In this document: positions 55,012 through 63,438 of the stretch, one piece after another
How the letters are laid out: every line of letters begins with the position of its first letter
How positions within the stretch are numbered: the stretch's first letter is position 1
Translations under genes and position numbers: made by a program
The notes under the pieces: generated by a model
Databases searched by the model: none
Told to the model about the DNA's origin: nothing
Seen by the model: only the letters and a program-made list of their open reading frames with translations
Source: Ostreococcus lucimarinus
Lineage: Eukaryota
Strand: one strand, 5' to 3'
Assembly (NCBI GenBank): GCA_000092065.1
Contig: CP000593.1
DNA length: 64,000 bases

Positions 55012-56691
55012 TTACGGTGCGCCTTCGGCGGAGCAAAGGAAAGGATCTAAAGGCTTCCCAAGCGCATACACAATGAAACCAATGTCCTTCAACTTCTGGT
55101 GGTCCAAGATGAGGCGGCCGTCGAACACAAAGGCCGGCTTTTGCATGACGCCATAGATCGCTTCCCAGTCGTACGTCTTGAACTCGTCCCATTCCGTCAT
55201 AATGCACACGGCGTGCGCACCAGTCAAAGACTCAGTGTGAGTCTTGCAGCACGTGATGGATTTCATCGCTTCCTCGCCCATGTCCAACGCGATTTGCGCC
55301 GCAGCAACCTTCGGGTCATAAATATTGAGCTTCGCACCGTCTTCGATGAGGCCGTGACCGACGTCGATAGCCGGAGACTCACGAGTATCACCCGTATCTT
55401 TCTTAAAAGCGTAACCGAGCATTGAAATCTTCTTGCCGCTGATCGTGTTGAACATGGCGGAAATCATGCGCTTGACGAAGCGGCTCTTTTGGTAGTCGTT
55501 CATGCCGACAACGCTGTGCCAGTACTCCGCCACTTCCGGCAAGCCGTGGCACTCACAAATGTATGCCAAGTTTAAGATATCCTTTTGGAAGCACGAGCCA
55601 CCGAAACCGACCGAGGCGTTCAAAAATTTGGAGCCGATACGCGTGTCGGTGCCGATGGCGTGCGAAACTTGCTGGACATCCGCGCCGGTCGCTTCACAAA
55701 GCGCGCTCATGGCGTTGATGGAAGAAATGCGCTGCGCCAAGAATGCGTTCGCAGCGAGCTTTGAGAGCTCGGCAGACCACAAGTTAGCGGTCAGAATGTT
55801 CTCTTTCGGTACCCAGTTGGAGTACACGCCTACGAGCGCGTCCACCGCCGCTTGACCTTTGGCGTTTTCAATCTTACCCCCGATCAACACGCGATCGGGC
55901 GCATCCAAGTCTACAATGGCCGTACCTTCGGCCAAGAATTCTGGGTTGGACAAGATGTCGAATCGCACGCCGTCGTGCGGGCAGTTGCGCTGGAGCACCT
56001 TTTCAATGGCCTCCGCCGTTCGCACGGGCACCGTAGACTTCTCAACGATGATCTTATCACTCTCGGAGCACGCCGCGATGGTGCGCGCCGCCAACTCCCA
56101 GTACGTCAAATCCGCCGCCTTACCTTTTCCTAAACCAGTCTTCTTCGTCGGCGTGTTCACGGAGACGAAAATCATCTCGCAGTCTCGAATAGCCCCTTCG
56201 ACATCCGTCGAAAAGAACAAGTTCTTCCCTCTGCACTCGAACACGATCTCATCCAACCCGGGCTCATAAATCGGCAGCTCGCTCGAGTTCCACGCGTCGA
56301 TCCTCGGCTGCGAGATGTCCACCACCGTGACCGAGATCTGCGGGCACTTCTTCGCGATCATCGCCATCGTCGGCCCGCCCACGTATCCCGCGCCGATGCA
56401 ACATACTGCGTCGTCCCCGAAACCGCGCGCGTCGTCAGTCCTTCGTCCTCGCGCGCCTCCATTCGCACCGTCGCGCGCTCTCCCATCTTTCGCGCCCGTC
56501 CCAACGCTCTCCCGTCGCCGTCGTCGCGTCTCCGGTCGTCGCCGCGTCTCGCGGATGGTTTCCGGACATCTTTCCGACGACCGTCGCGATCGCCCTCGTC
56601 GCGTCGTCTCGCGCGTCGCGTCGTCTCGCGTCGCGTCGCGTCGCGTCGCTCGCGTCGTTCTTCACGCACTCGTCGTGATCGGCCTCGTCAT
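55012..56691 (-). CDS. UGD: UDP-glucose 6-dehydrogenase, two exons
   Basis: Structure: join(56691..56670, 56405..55012), 471 aa. The spliced N-terminus [29 protein letters not shown]... matches plant UGD ([21 protein letters not shown]). The rest is collinear ([22 protein letters not shown]...[12 protein letters not shown]...). Confidence 0.9.
56406..56669 (-). other. spliceosomal intron of the UDP-glucose dehydrogenase gene (264 nt)
   Basis: ACGACGA|gtgcgtgaagaacgacg...aaggactgacgacgcgcgcggtttcggggacgacgcag|TATGTTGC. The phase-1 junction creates ATA (Ile). There is no in-frame ATG between an upstream TGA (inside the donor) and the GxGxxG motif. Confidence 0.85.
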
Positions 56692-56912
56692 GCCGCGATC
56701 GCGTCGCGTCGCGTCGTCGCGCGCGCGCGTGTGCGGGGCGACCGGATCGCGCGCGCCTCCGAGGCGTCGATGTCGTGTGGGTAAACAGTCCGACGTCGCG
56801 GTCGGTCGTGTATTGGCACCGCGCGCGGGTGTGATTTCGAATTCGATTTCGAAATCGACCTCGCGCGTCGCCGGCGCCGACCGACGCGCGGCGCGCGACA
56901 CCGACGCGCGCG

Positions 56913-58190
56913 ATGGCGACGGCGACGACGACGACGACGGCGCGCGCGATGCCGTCGCGATGGCGCGCGCGCGCGACGACGCGAACGAACGCGAGGGCGA
57001 ACGCGAGGGCGAGCGCGGCGGCGGACGAGCGGTACGCGATGCGCGGCGTGAGCGCGTCCAAGGAGGACGTGCACGCGGCGATAAAGAAGGTGGACAAGGG
57101 ATTGTTCCCGAAGGCGTTCTGTAAGATCGTGGAGGACATCGCTGGGGACGAGGCGTACTGCACGTGCATGCACGCGGACGGCGCGGGGACGAAGACGAGC
57201 CTGGCGTACGCGTACTGGAGAGAGACGGGAGATTTGGGAGTGTGGCGAGGAATCGCGCAGGATTCGATCGTGATGAACACGGATGATTTGTTGTGCGTCG
57301 GGTGCGTGGATAACATATTCGTCTCGAGCACGATCGGGAGGAATAAGGCTTTGATTCCGGGGGAGGTGCTGAGCGCGCTCATCAACGGGACGGAGGAGGT
57401 TTTGGAGACTTTGCGCGAGTGTGGGGTCGGGGTGAAGTCCACGGGAGGTGAAACCGCGGATTTGGGTGATTTAGTGCGCACGGTGGTGGTGGACACCACG
57501 GTCACGGCGCGCATGCGAAGAGACGCGGTGGTGAGTAACGACAACATTCGCGCCGGAGACGTCGTCGTCGGTTTGGCGTCGTTCGGTCAAGCGACGTACG
57601 AGAGCGAGTACAACGGCGGAATGGGAAGCAACGGATTGACGTCTGCTCGACACGACGTGTTTGCGAAGAATTTGGCGGAAAAATATCCGGAAACGTTCGA
57701 TCCGAACGTACCCGAATCGTTGGTGTACAGCGGCAAGTATCAGCTCACCGACGTCGAGCCGGAAACCGGCGTGACGGTTGGCAAGTTGGTGCTCAGTCCG
57801 ACGCGAACGTACGCCCCCGTGGTGAAAGCCGTGCTCGATGCCATGGACGTGAGGGATATTCACGGCATGGTGCACTGCAGCGGCGGCGCGCAGTCCAAGG
57901 TTGGACACTTTCTCCTCGACGGCTTGCGCGTCGTCAAGGATAACATGTTCCCCATTCCCCCGCTCTTCCGCTTGATCCAGGAGTGCTCCAACACCGAATG
58001 GAGCGAGATGTACAAAGTGTTCAACTGCGGACATCGTCTCGAGTTTTACTGCTCCCCCGAACACGCGCAAAAGATTATCGATATTAGCCAGAGCTTTAAC
58101 ATCGACGCCCGCGTCGTCGGCAGAGTCGAAGCCAAGGATGGCAAGTCTGAAGTCGTGGTGAAGAGTGAATACGGTGAGTTTACGTATTAA
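56913..58190 (+). CDS. PurM-like (AIR synthase-related) protein of the non-canonical type, with presequence
   Basis: ATG verified at 56913. RYAMRGVSASKEDVHAAIKKVDKGLFPKAFCKIVEDIAGDEAYCTCMHADGAGTKTSLAYAYWRETGDLGVWRGIAQDSIVMNTDDLLCVG, plus a C-terminal PurM-type domain. From memory it resembles the Bacteroidetes-style PurM rather than classical plant PurM. Confidence 0.75.
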   Translation: MATATTTTTARAMPSRWRARATTRTNARANARASAAADERYAMRGVSASKEDVHAAIKKVDKGLFPKAFCKIVEDIAGDEAYCTCMHADGAGTKTSLAYAYWRETGDLGVWRGIAQDSIVMNTDDLLCVGCVDNIFVSSTIGRNKALIPGEVLSALINGTEEVLETLRECGVGVKSTGGETADLGDLVRTVVVDTTVTARMRRDAVVSNDNIRAGDVVVGLASFGQATYESEYNGGMGSNGLTSARHDVFAKNLAEKYPETFDPNVPESLVYSGKYQLTDVEPETGVTVGKLVLSPTRTYAPVVKAVLDAMDVRDIHGMVHCSGGAQSKVGHFLLDGLRVVKDNMFPIPPLFRLIQECSNTEWSEMYKVFNCGHRLEFYCSPEHAQKIIDISQSFNIDARVVGRVEAKDGKSEVVVKSEYGEFTY

Positions 58191-58212
58191 TACGTAATAT
58201 AAAATCAAAAAT

Positions 58213-58932
58213 CTAAACCACCCCTTGTTTCGTCGTCCCCGTCGGGCGATCCTGCTTGCCCTCGGCGATTTCCTTTGCCTTGCGCGCGTCGCGCCGCGCT
58301 CGCAACTCTTCGATGCTCACCCCTCGAAGCTCGCGCCTGTAAAACAACAACCAATTCGCCACCTGCGCTCGACGCGTCATGTTCGGCGTCAACCCTTCCA
58401 TCTTAAACCCTTTCCATCCCAACGGCGTGAGCGTCGTCTTAATCCCTTGCTTGTGTTCCTCCGGCACCGACCGCGTCAACGCCGCGCACGCCACCTTCAC
58501 CGGCGCGTCAATCTTCGGATCGTACTTCCTCGTCACCCCGATCACGTCCGGTGGTTCGGGATAACTTTTCGCCCAATTCGGAAACACCTCATCCGGCGTC
58601 CACACCTCGTTCGCCGTGAGCGTCTCCGCGTCCAGCTCCACGCGCGAGCGATAGCCCAGCGCGTTCCACACCAGCCGGTTCACCTCCTCATCCGCGAGCT
58701 CCGAGCGCACGATCGACAGCAGCACCTCGTTCGACAGCGGGTCCGCCCCATCGCGCGCGTCGTCCCACGGCTTCGCGCCCCACTCGTCCTCACCAGCGCG
58801 CGTCTCGACGCGTCTTCGTCCCGAGGGCGTTCGCACCGCGGCGGCGCGTCGCGGCGTCGCGCGTCGCGTCGTCGTCGCGTCGCGCGTCGCGCGTCGCAGC
58901 GTCGTCGCGGACGTCGTCGTCGAGCTCGCCAT
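58213..58932 (-). CDS. conserved cyanobacterial/green-lineage protein (DUF1823-like, name from memory), presequence-bearing
   Basis: The first non-overlapping ATG is 58932-58930 (MASSTTTSATTLRRATRD). Conserved-looking core: LSNEVLLSIVRSELADEEVNRLVWNALGYR...VFPNWAKSYPEPPDVIGV...GFKMEGLTPNMTRRAQVANWLLFY. The longer ORF reaching 59307 overlaps the LMBR1-like gene. Confidence 0.65.
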   Translation of the reverse strand: MASSTTTSATTLRRATRDATTTRRATPRRAAAVRTPSGRRRVETRAGEDEWGAKPWDDARDGADPLSNEVLLSIVRSELADEEVNRLVWNALGYRSRVELDAETLTANEVWTPDEVFPNWAKSYPEPPDVIGVTRKYDPKIDAPVKVACAALTRSVPEEHKQGIKTTLTPLGWKGFKMEGLTPNMTRRAQVANWLLFYRRELRGVSIEELRARRDARKAKEIAEGKQDRPTGTTKQGVV

Positions 58933-59062
58933 CGCGCGTCGTCGCTCGCGCGCGTCGTCGTCGAGCGGGCGCGTCGAGGTGTCCCGAGCCGTCCCGGCGC
59001 CGTCGCGACGCCGTCCGCACACGCGCGCGCGCGTCCGCGAGCGCACGTCGCGCGCTCGAGCG

Positions 59063-61150
59063 ATGGAGTGGACGACGCGCGACGTCGCCGCGGACCCGCG
59101 CGCGACGCGCGCGCGCTGGACGCGCTCGGCGGCGGAAACATCGTCCGGGAGCGGTGCGGACGATGGATTCTTCGCGTCGTGGTCGACGCCCGTGTTCGTC
59201 GTCGCGGCGTGCGTCGCGGCGCTCGCCGTGGCGCGATTCGCCGATCGTCGGGTCGGCGCGGCCGTGCGCGCGCACTGTTTCGTCGCGTGGACGCTGGCGC
59301 TGATCATGGTGGGGATCGTGCCGACGGATGTGACGGCGACGCTGCGCGCGGGAGAGGCGCCGCGCGGGTTGGACGCGACGTGGGACGTCGCGTACTGGAG
59401 TACGTACGCGCTGACGTGGATCGTGCTGCCGCTGCACCAGTGTTACGTGGACGCGGCGGATTTTTCGTCCGTGGGACGATTGAAGAGAGCGGCGCGGGAG
59501 AACGCGATGTTTTTGGGAATCGCGGCGACGGCGATGTTCGTGGGCGCGGCGGCGCTGTTGGCGACCGAGTCGCTGTCTTTGGACGCGATGCGCGCGTATG
59601 GGATCGTGGTGGCGAACGTGTGGGGTATTTCGACCGGGGTTTTACTCATGGGGTTTGGTTTGGTGGACGTGCCGCGGGCGATTTGGCGGCGAGCGGCGTT
59701 TAATAATCGTCTCACGCGGTCGTACAAGCGCGTCGCCGGAGTGTCGCGGGCGCTCGGTAACGCTCACGCGCGCTTGGCACGGCAAGTTGTGGCGGTAACG
59801 ACGACGAGTCGAGTGATGCCACGGCGACATAGTTTGCGTTGGGCGATGAGCGTCATCGAAAACGAGACGCCAGAGTTCTCAGAAATGCACCGAGGAAGCT
59901 TAGATGAAGCGTTGGACGCGACAGAGGAAGACGTGCTGGATTACGATTACGATGAGTTGAACGATTTAGTTGCGCTGCGTCGCGCGGTTCGCCGTTCGCT
60001 GAGGCAGTACGATCGCACTAAGGCGCAGTACGTGATAGCGGTGAAGGATGCGTTTGAAGCGGAAGCCGCCGAGCAATCGCGGGCATCGTCAACTCGACGA
60101 TTGCATCGCCCGCCAAACTCGGTATCTCGTAGCGGCTCGCTCGGAAAGTGTATGGATGATGTGCAGTACACGTGGTCGATCGTCATCGTGCCCGTCCTCT
60201 TGAGAGTCATCGCCACTGGTTTGGCCTTTTTTTCGGTATCCATCATCATCGCAGAGAGCAGTATTTGGATCGGGAAACTGTGGGAAGAGGCGGATCAGAT
60301 ATCTCTTTTGAGCGTGATGCTGGAAAACGCTGAAGATTCGACATCGGGTTTGACCTCCATGCACGTCGTCGTGGCGTTTCCGCTCGCTTACATGTGCCTT
60401 TGCACGTTTCATTCCCTCCACAAGCTGGGCATGTTTTCGTTTTACACGCTCGTGCCTCGACACACGGATGCGTTTTCGCTCTTGGTGAACGCGAGTCTGG
60501 TATGCCGTTACTCAGCGCCGCTGAGTTTCAACTTTCTCATGCTTTTGCCCATTATTCGCGCGAGTGGCAAGATGACAACCTTCTCACGGAAGATGGCCAA
60601 CAACGTCCCAGAGCTCGCGGGTGAGCTGAACATCATCGTGCCCACGTTTTTGGGCTTGTACTGCGTCGCCATCGCCCTCGGCTGGTTCGACCGCATCGCA
60701 CGCGTACTCAACGTGGAGGGGTTTAAATTCGATAGCGACAAAGACGTGAATGAGAGCACGGAAACTGGAAAGTCAATCGTAGACAGGGAACGCGCCGAAG
60801 TCATGGACGGCGCCGAAATCGGAAGCTCGCACGAATCTTTCGTCTCTGAGACTGCGCCTCGCGAGCAAAGGCTTCCGCCAATTGCTTCGAATAGTAACGA
60901 GTGGAACGACGTCGAGCACGACGCTCGAGGAGGTCTGCTATCGACCTATCCCGATCCGGAATCCGCGAGCGCACGGTGGGAGACGCAAAAAGCCCGTCTC
61001 GCCCAAGCCACGCAAGCGAGCGCCGCAAGAGCCGTACCGCGCGGGTCGCCGCTCTCGCGAACTGGTCGAGACAAAGTGAGCGAACTCGACTTCATGTTCT
61101 CGAACCTCGGTCGCCGCAGCAGCGGCGGTGAATCGTTCTCGGATGAATGA
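59063..61150 (+). CDS. LMBR1-domain (LIMR family, LMBD2-like) multipass membrane protein
   Basis: ORF 58979 begins at GTG; the first ATG is 59063. WDVAYWSTYALTWIVLPLHQCYVDAADFSSVGRLKRAARENAMF is the typical LMBR1 N-terminal block. There are about 9 TM segments separated by a long coiled loop. Confidence 0.72.
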   Translation: MEWTTRDVAADPRATRARWTRSAAETSSGSGADDGFFASWSTPVFVVAACVAALAVARFADRRVGAAVRAHCFVAWTLALIMVGIVPTDVTATLRAGEAPRGLDATWDVAYWSTYALTWIVLPLHQCYVDAADFSSVGRLKRAARENAMFLGIAATAMFVGAAALLATESLSLDAMRAYGIVVANVWGISTGVLLMGFGLVDVPRAIWRRAAFNNRLTRSYKRVAGVSRALGNAHARLARQVVAVTTTSRVMPRRHSLRWAMSVIENETPEFSEMHRGSLDEALDATEEDVLDYDYDELNDLVALRRAVRRSLRQYDRTKAQYVIAVKDAFEAEAAEQSRASSTRRLHRPPNSVSRSGSLGKCMDDVQYTWSIVIVPVLLRVIATGLAFFSVSIIIAESSIWIGKLWEEADQISLLSVMLENAEDSTSGLTSMHVVVAFPLAYMCLCTFHSLHKLGMFSFYTLVPRHTDAFSLLVNASLVCRYSAPLSFNFLMLLPIIRASGKMTTFSRKMANNVPELAGELNIIVPTFLGLYCVAIALGWFDRIARVLNVEGFKFDSDKDVNESTETGKSIVDRERAEVMDGAEIGSSHESFVSETAPREQRLPPIASNSNEWNDVEHDARGGLLSTYPDPESASARWETQKARLAQATQASAARAVPRGSPLSRTGRDKVSELDFMFSNLGRRSSGGESFSDE

Positions 61151-61208
61151 ATATATTGTTGCAACATCGCTCGCGCGCCTAGATAAAATTACACCCCTCT
61201 ACGACAGC

Positions 61209-61856
61209 CTACTCCTCCGGCAACAGCGCCAGCGCGTGCCCATCGACGCACACCGTCCCACACTTCACTTTCCGCACCACCGTCTCGTACCGCGCCCTCG
61301 TTCCCGATCGTTTCACCAATTTCAACTCAATCTCCAGCTCCTCGTCCACGCGCACCGGTTCCCTGAATTTCAACTCTTGGCTCGCGTACACCGTCCCCGG
61401 CCTCGCGCGCGCCAGCAGCGCCCCGAACGCGCTCGCCGCCAGCATTCCGTGCACCGCGCGTCCTCGCAATCGATTCTCGCCGTCACCCACCGCGCCGTCG
61501 TCGAAGTGAATCGGATTCTCATCGCCCGTCAACCGCGCGAACGCCGCGCAATCGTCCGCCGTGAACGTCCTGCGCTCGCGCAGCGCGTCCGCGCGCGTCG
61601 ACGACGTCGCGGACATCCCGCGCCGCGCCGCGGACGACCGCGCGAGCGCGCGCGCGACGATTCGCGCGCGCATCACCGTCGGTCGCGCGACACAGCGCCG
61701 CGCGCCGGCGTCTGCGGCGTCGCGCGATGTCCGCGTCGGTCGACGCGCGCGCGCGCGCGCCGACGACGCGGTGGACATCGCGCGCGACGACGCGCGCGGC
61801 GACGAACGGCGCGGCGCGCGCGCGGCGAAGGAGTCGCGAGGGAATCGCGCGGGCAT
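61209..61856 (-). CDS. MaoC-like hot-dog-fold dehydratase (R-specific enoyl-CoA hydratase / HTD2-like)
   Basis: ATG verified at 61856-61854. RTFTADDCAAFARLTGDENPIHFDD...RAVHGMLAASAFGALLA...GTVYASQELKFREPVRVDEELEIELKL. A long Arg/Ala/Ser presequence means internal ATGs are alternative starts. Confidence 0.75.
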   Translation of the reverse strand: MPARFPRDSFAARAPRRSSPRASSRAMSTASSARARARRPTRTSRDAADAGARRCVARPTVMRARIVARALARSSAARRGMSATSSTRADALRERRTFTADDCAAFARLTGDENPIHFDDGAVGDGENRLRGRAVHGMLAASAFGALLARARPGTVYASQELKFREPVRVDEELEIELKLVKRSGTRARYETVVRKVKCGTVCVDGHALALLPEE

Positions 61857-61936
61857 TCAATTCCGGCGGCGGCTCGACGACGCGCCGCGGACGCGCGCTT
61901 CGCGTCGCTCGACGCGGTGCGGACGCGGACGACGCT

Positions 61937-62737
61937 ATGATGGACGACGACGACGACGACGACGCGAGCGCGAGCGCGTCGGGACGCGCGGCCGAGGACG
62001 CGCGGTGGCTGGACGAGGACGAGGCGCGACGCGCGCGAGGGGCGACGGCGTCGGCGTCGACGCGACAACGGCGAGCGGCGCGAAGGGAACCGCGAGAGCG
62101 ACGAAACGAGCGACGGGATCGAGGTGGAGCGCGACCGAACGTGCTGGTGCTGACGCAGCGGGATTACGAACGCGTGCTGCCCATCGCGGCGACGGGGGAG
62201 CAATACGGGTACTTTTGGGGGGATAACGATACCGCGTTTCAACGCGTGGGGTTGTCGCTGTTGACGACGGTGTTGACCGCGAATGCGGCGCCGGCGCTCG
62301 CCGTGCCCGCGAGCACGTTTTTTTTGTGGGCACCCGTGGCGTTAGCGGCGCGACGTAACTCAAAGGTGCGAAGCGCTAAATACGCGGGCCTGTGGCGCGC
62401 CAGAGTCATCTCAGTCGAGCCCGTGGAGACGCGCGGGACGTCGAGCGTAGATTGGATGTTTAACCTAGTCGTCGGAGATAGATCCGGGGCGCGAGTACCG
62501 CTGAAAGTTCCTTTAAAAGCGGAGTACGCGGATATCAACGTAGGCGACGACGTCGAGCTCATCGTGACATCAGACGACCCGTACTTTTACACGTTTCAAG
62601 CCGTTCGCGAGGCGTATTTTCCGTTCCTTAACGTCTGGGTGGGCGAGTATCCGTTCCTCGACCGTCGTGGGATGGTGAGCGTGAGCGATCGTTTAGCCGG
62701 GGAAGAGGAGGCGCGTCGCGCCAGGGCGAGAGGATAA
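61937..62737 (+). CDS. hypothetical membrane protein (acidic N-terminus, two hydrophobic segments, conserved-looking C-terminal domain)
   Basis: The in-frame ATG pair at 61937/61940 (MMDDDDDDD) is the first start that does not overlap the MaoC gene. Sequence: ...GEQYGYFWGDNDTAFQRVGLSLLTTVLTANAAPALAVPASTFFLWAPVALAA...VELIVTSDDPYFYTFQAVREAYFPFLNVWVGEYPFLDRRGM. I recognise no family. Confidence 0.55.
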   Translation: MMDDDDDDDASASASGRAAEDARWLDEDEARRARGATASASTRQRRAARREPRERRNERRDRGGARPNVLVLTQRDYERVLPIAATGEQYGYFWGDNDTAFQRVGLSLLTTVLTANAAPALAVPASTFFLWAPVALAARRNSKVRSAKYAGLWRARVISVEPVETRGTSSVDWMFNLVVGDRSGARVPLKVPLKAEYADINVGDDVELIVTSDDPYFYTFQAVREAYFPFLNVWVGEYPFLDRRGMVSVSDRLAGEEEARRARARG

Positions 62738-62778
62738 ACTGATAAAAGCGCCGCACTTACACTGCAATAGAACACTAC

Positions 62779-63427
62779 TCACTTCTCGTCCAATTCGTCC
62801 ATCATCTTCTCCAGCTCGCTCGCCGGCATTTCTTCCAAACGCTTTTGCATCACCGCGTTTTCGTACTGTTTAACCATCGTCGAAACGAAACGTCTGAGCG
62901 TCAGTCTTCGGTTCGCGTTTTCTTTCTCCTTCGCGTTTCGTCTCGCGCTCTCGCCTCGTTCGCTTCGCACGCACATCCTTCAACTGCTTCGCGTAAGTCA
63001 TGTCCTTATTGAACACTCGCATGACGTACGACCCCACCCACGCGAGCGTCAATCCGAGCACGAACGTCAACTGCACCGCGTTGCCCGCCTTCGTCGAATC
63101 CATCCCCGCGAACGATTGCAACCCGTAGTACGCCGCGAATCCCGCGCCCGTGACCCCGGTCCCGATCAGCATCACGTCCGCGCGCGTGTACCCGAACGGC
63201 ACGTCGCCTTCATCGTCCGCGGGCGTCGCGCGCGTGCGCGTGGTCTTCCCGACGCGCGGCGATTCCAGCCTTCGCGTCGTCGTCATCGTCTTCGTCGTCG
63301 CGCGCGCGCGCGTCGCGCTCGACCGCGCGGCCGCGAACACGCCGCGCGCGCGTCGCGTCGTCGCGCGTCGCGTCGTCGCGCATCGCGCCGTCGTCGTCGT
63401 CGCGCGCGTCGTCGTCGCGAACGTCAT
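62779..63427 (-). CDS. DUF3007-like small membrane protein (cyanobacterial/plastid lineage, name from memory), two exons
   Basis: Structure: join(63427..62975, 62865..62779), 179 aa. Splicing joins ...AGNAVQLTFVLGLTLAWVGSYVMRVFNKDMTYAKQLKD to YENAVMQKRLEEMPASELEKMMDELDEK, which lies in another frame (ORF 62779..62976). The presequence is MTFATTTRATTTTARCATTRRATTRRA. Confidence 0.78.
62866..62974 (-). other. spliceosomal intron of the DUF3007-like gene (109 nt)
   Basis: AAGGAT|gtgcgtgcgaagcg...ccgaagactgacgctcagacgtttcgtttcgacgatggttaaacag|TACGAA. The junction is phase 0; exon 1 is 453 nt and exon 2 is 87 nt. Confidence 0.75.
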
Positions 63428-63438
63428 CGTCTCGATCG

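Noticed and set aside
7098-58979. Track start coordinates 7098, 12256, 18938, 28263, 31893, 36178, 41766, 42466, 42707, 45486, 56382 and 58979 taken as translation starts.
   Set aside because: I checked the codons: they are TTG or GTG. Non-AUG starts are not expected for nuclear eukaryotic genes, so I used the next suitable ATG or a spliced upstream exon.
56435-59703. ORFs 56435..57547(-), 57471..58208(-), 58225..59703(+) and 58790..59437(-).
   Set aside because: They are antisense to the PurM-like, DUF1823-like and LMBR1-like genes and have no domain signatures.
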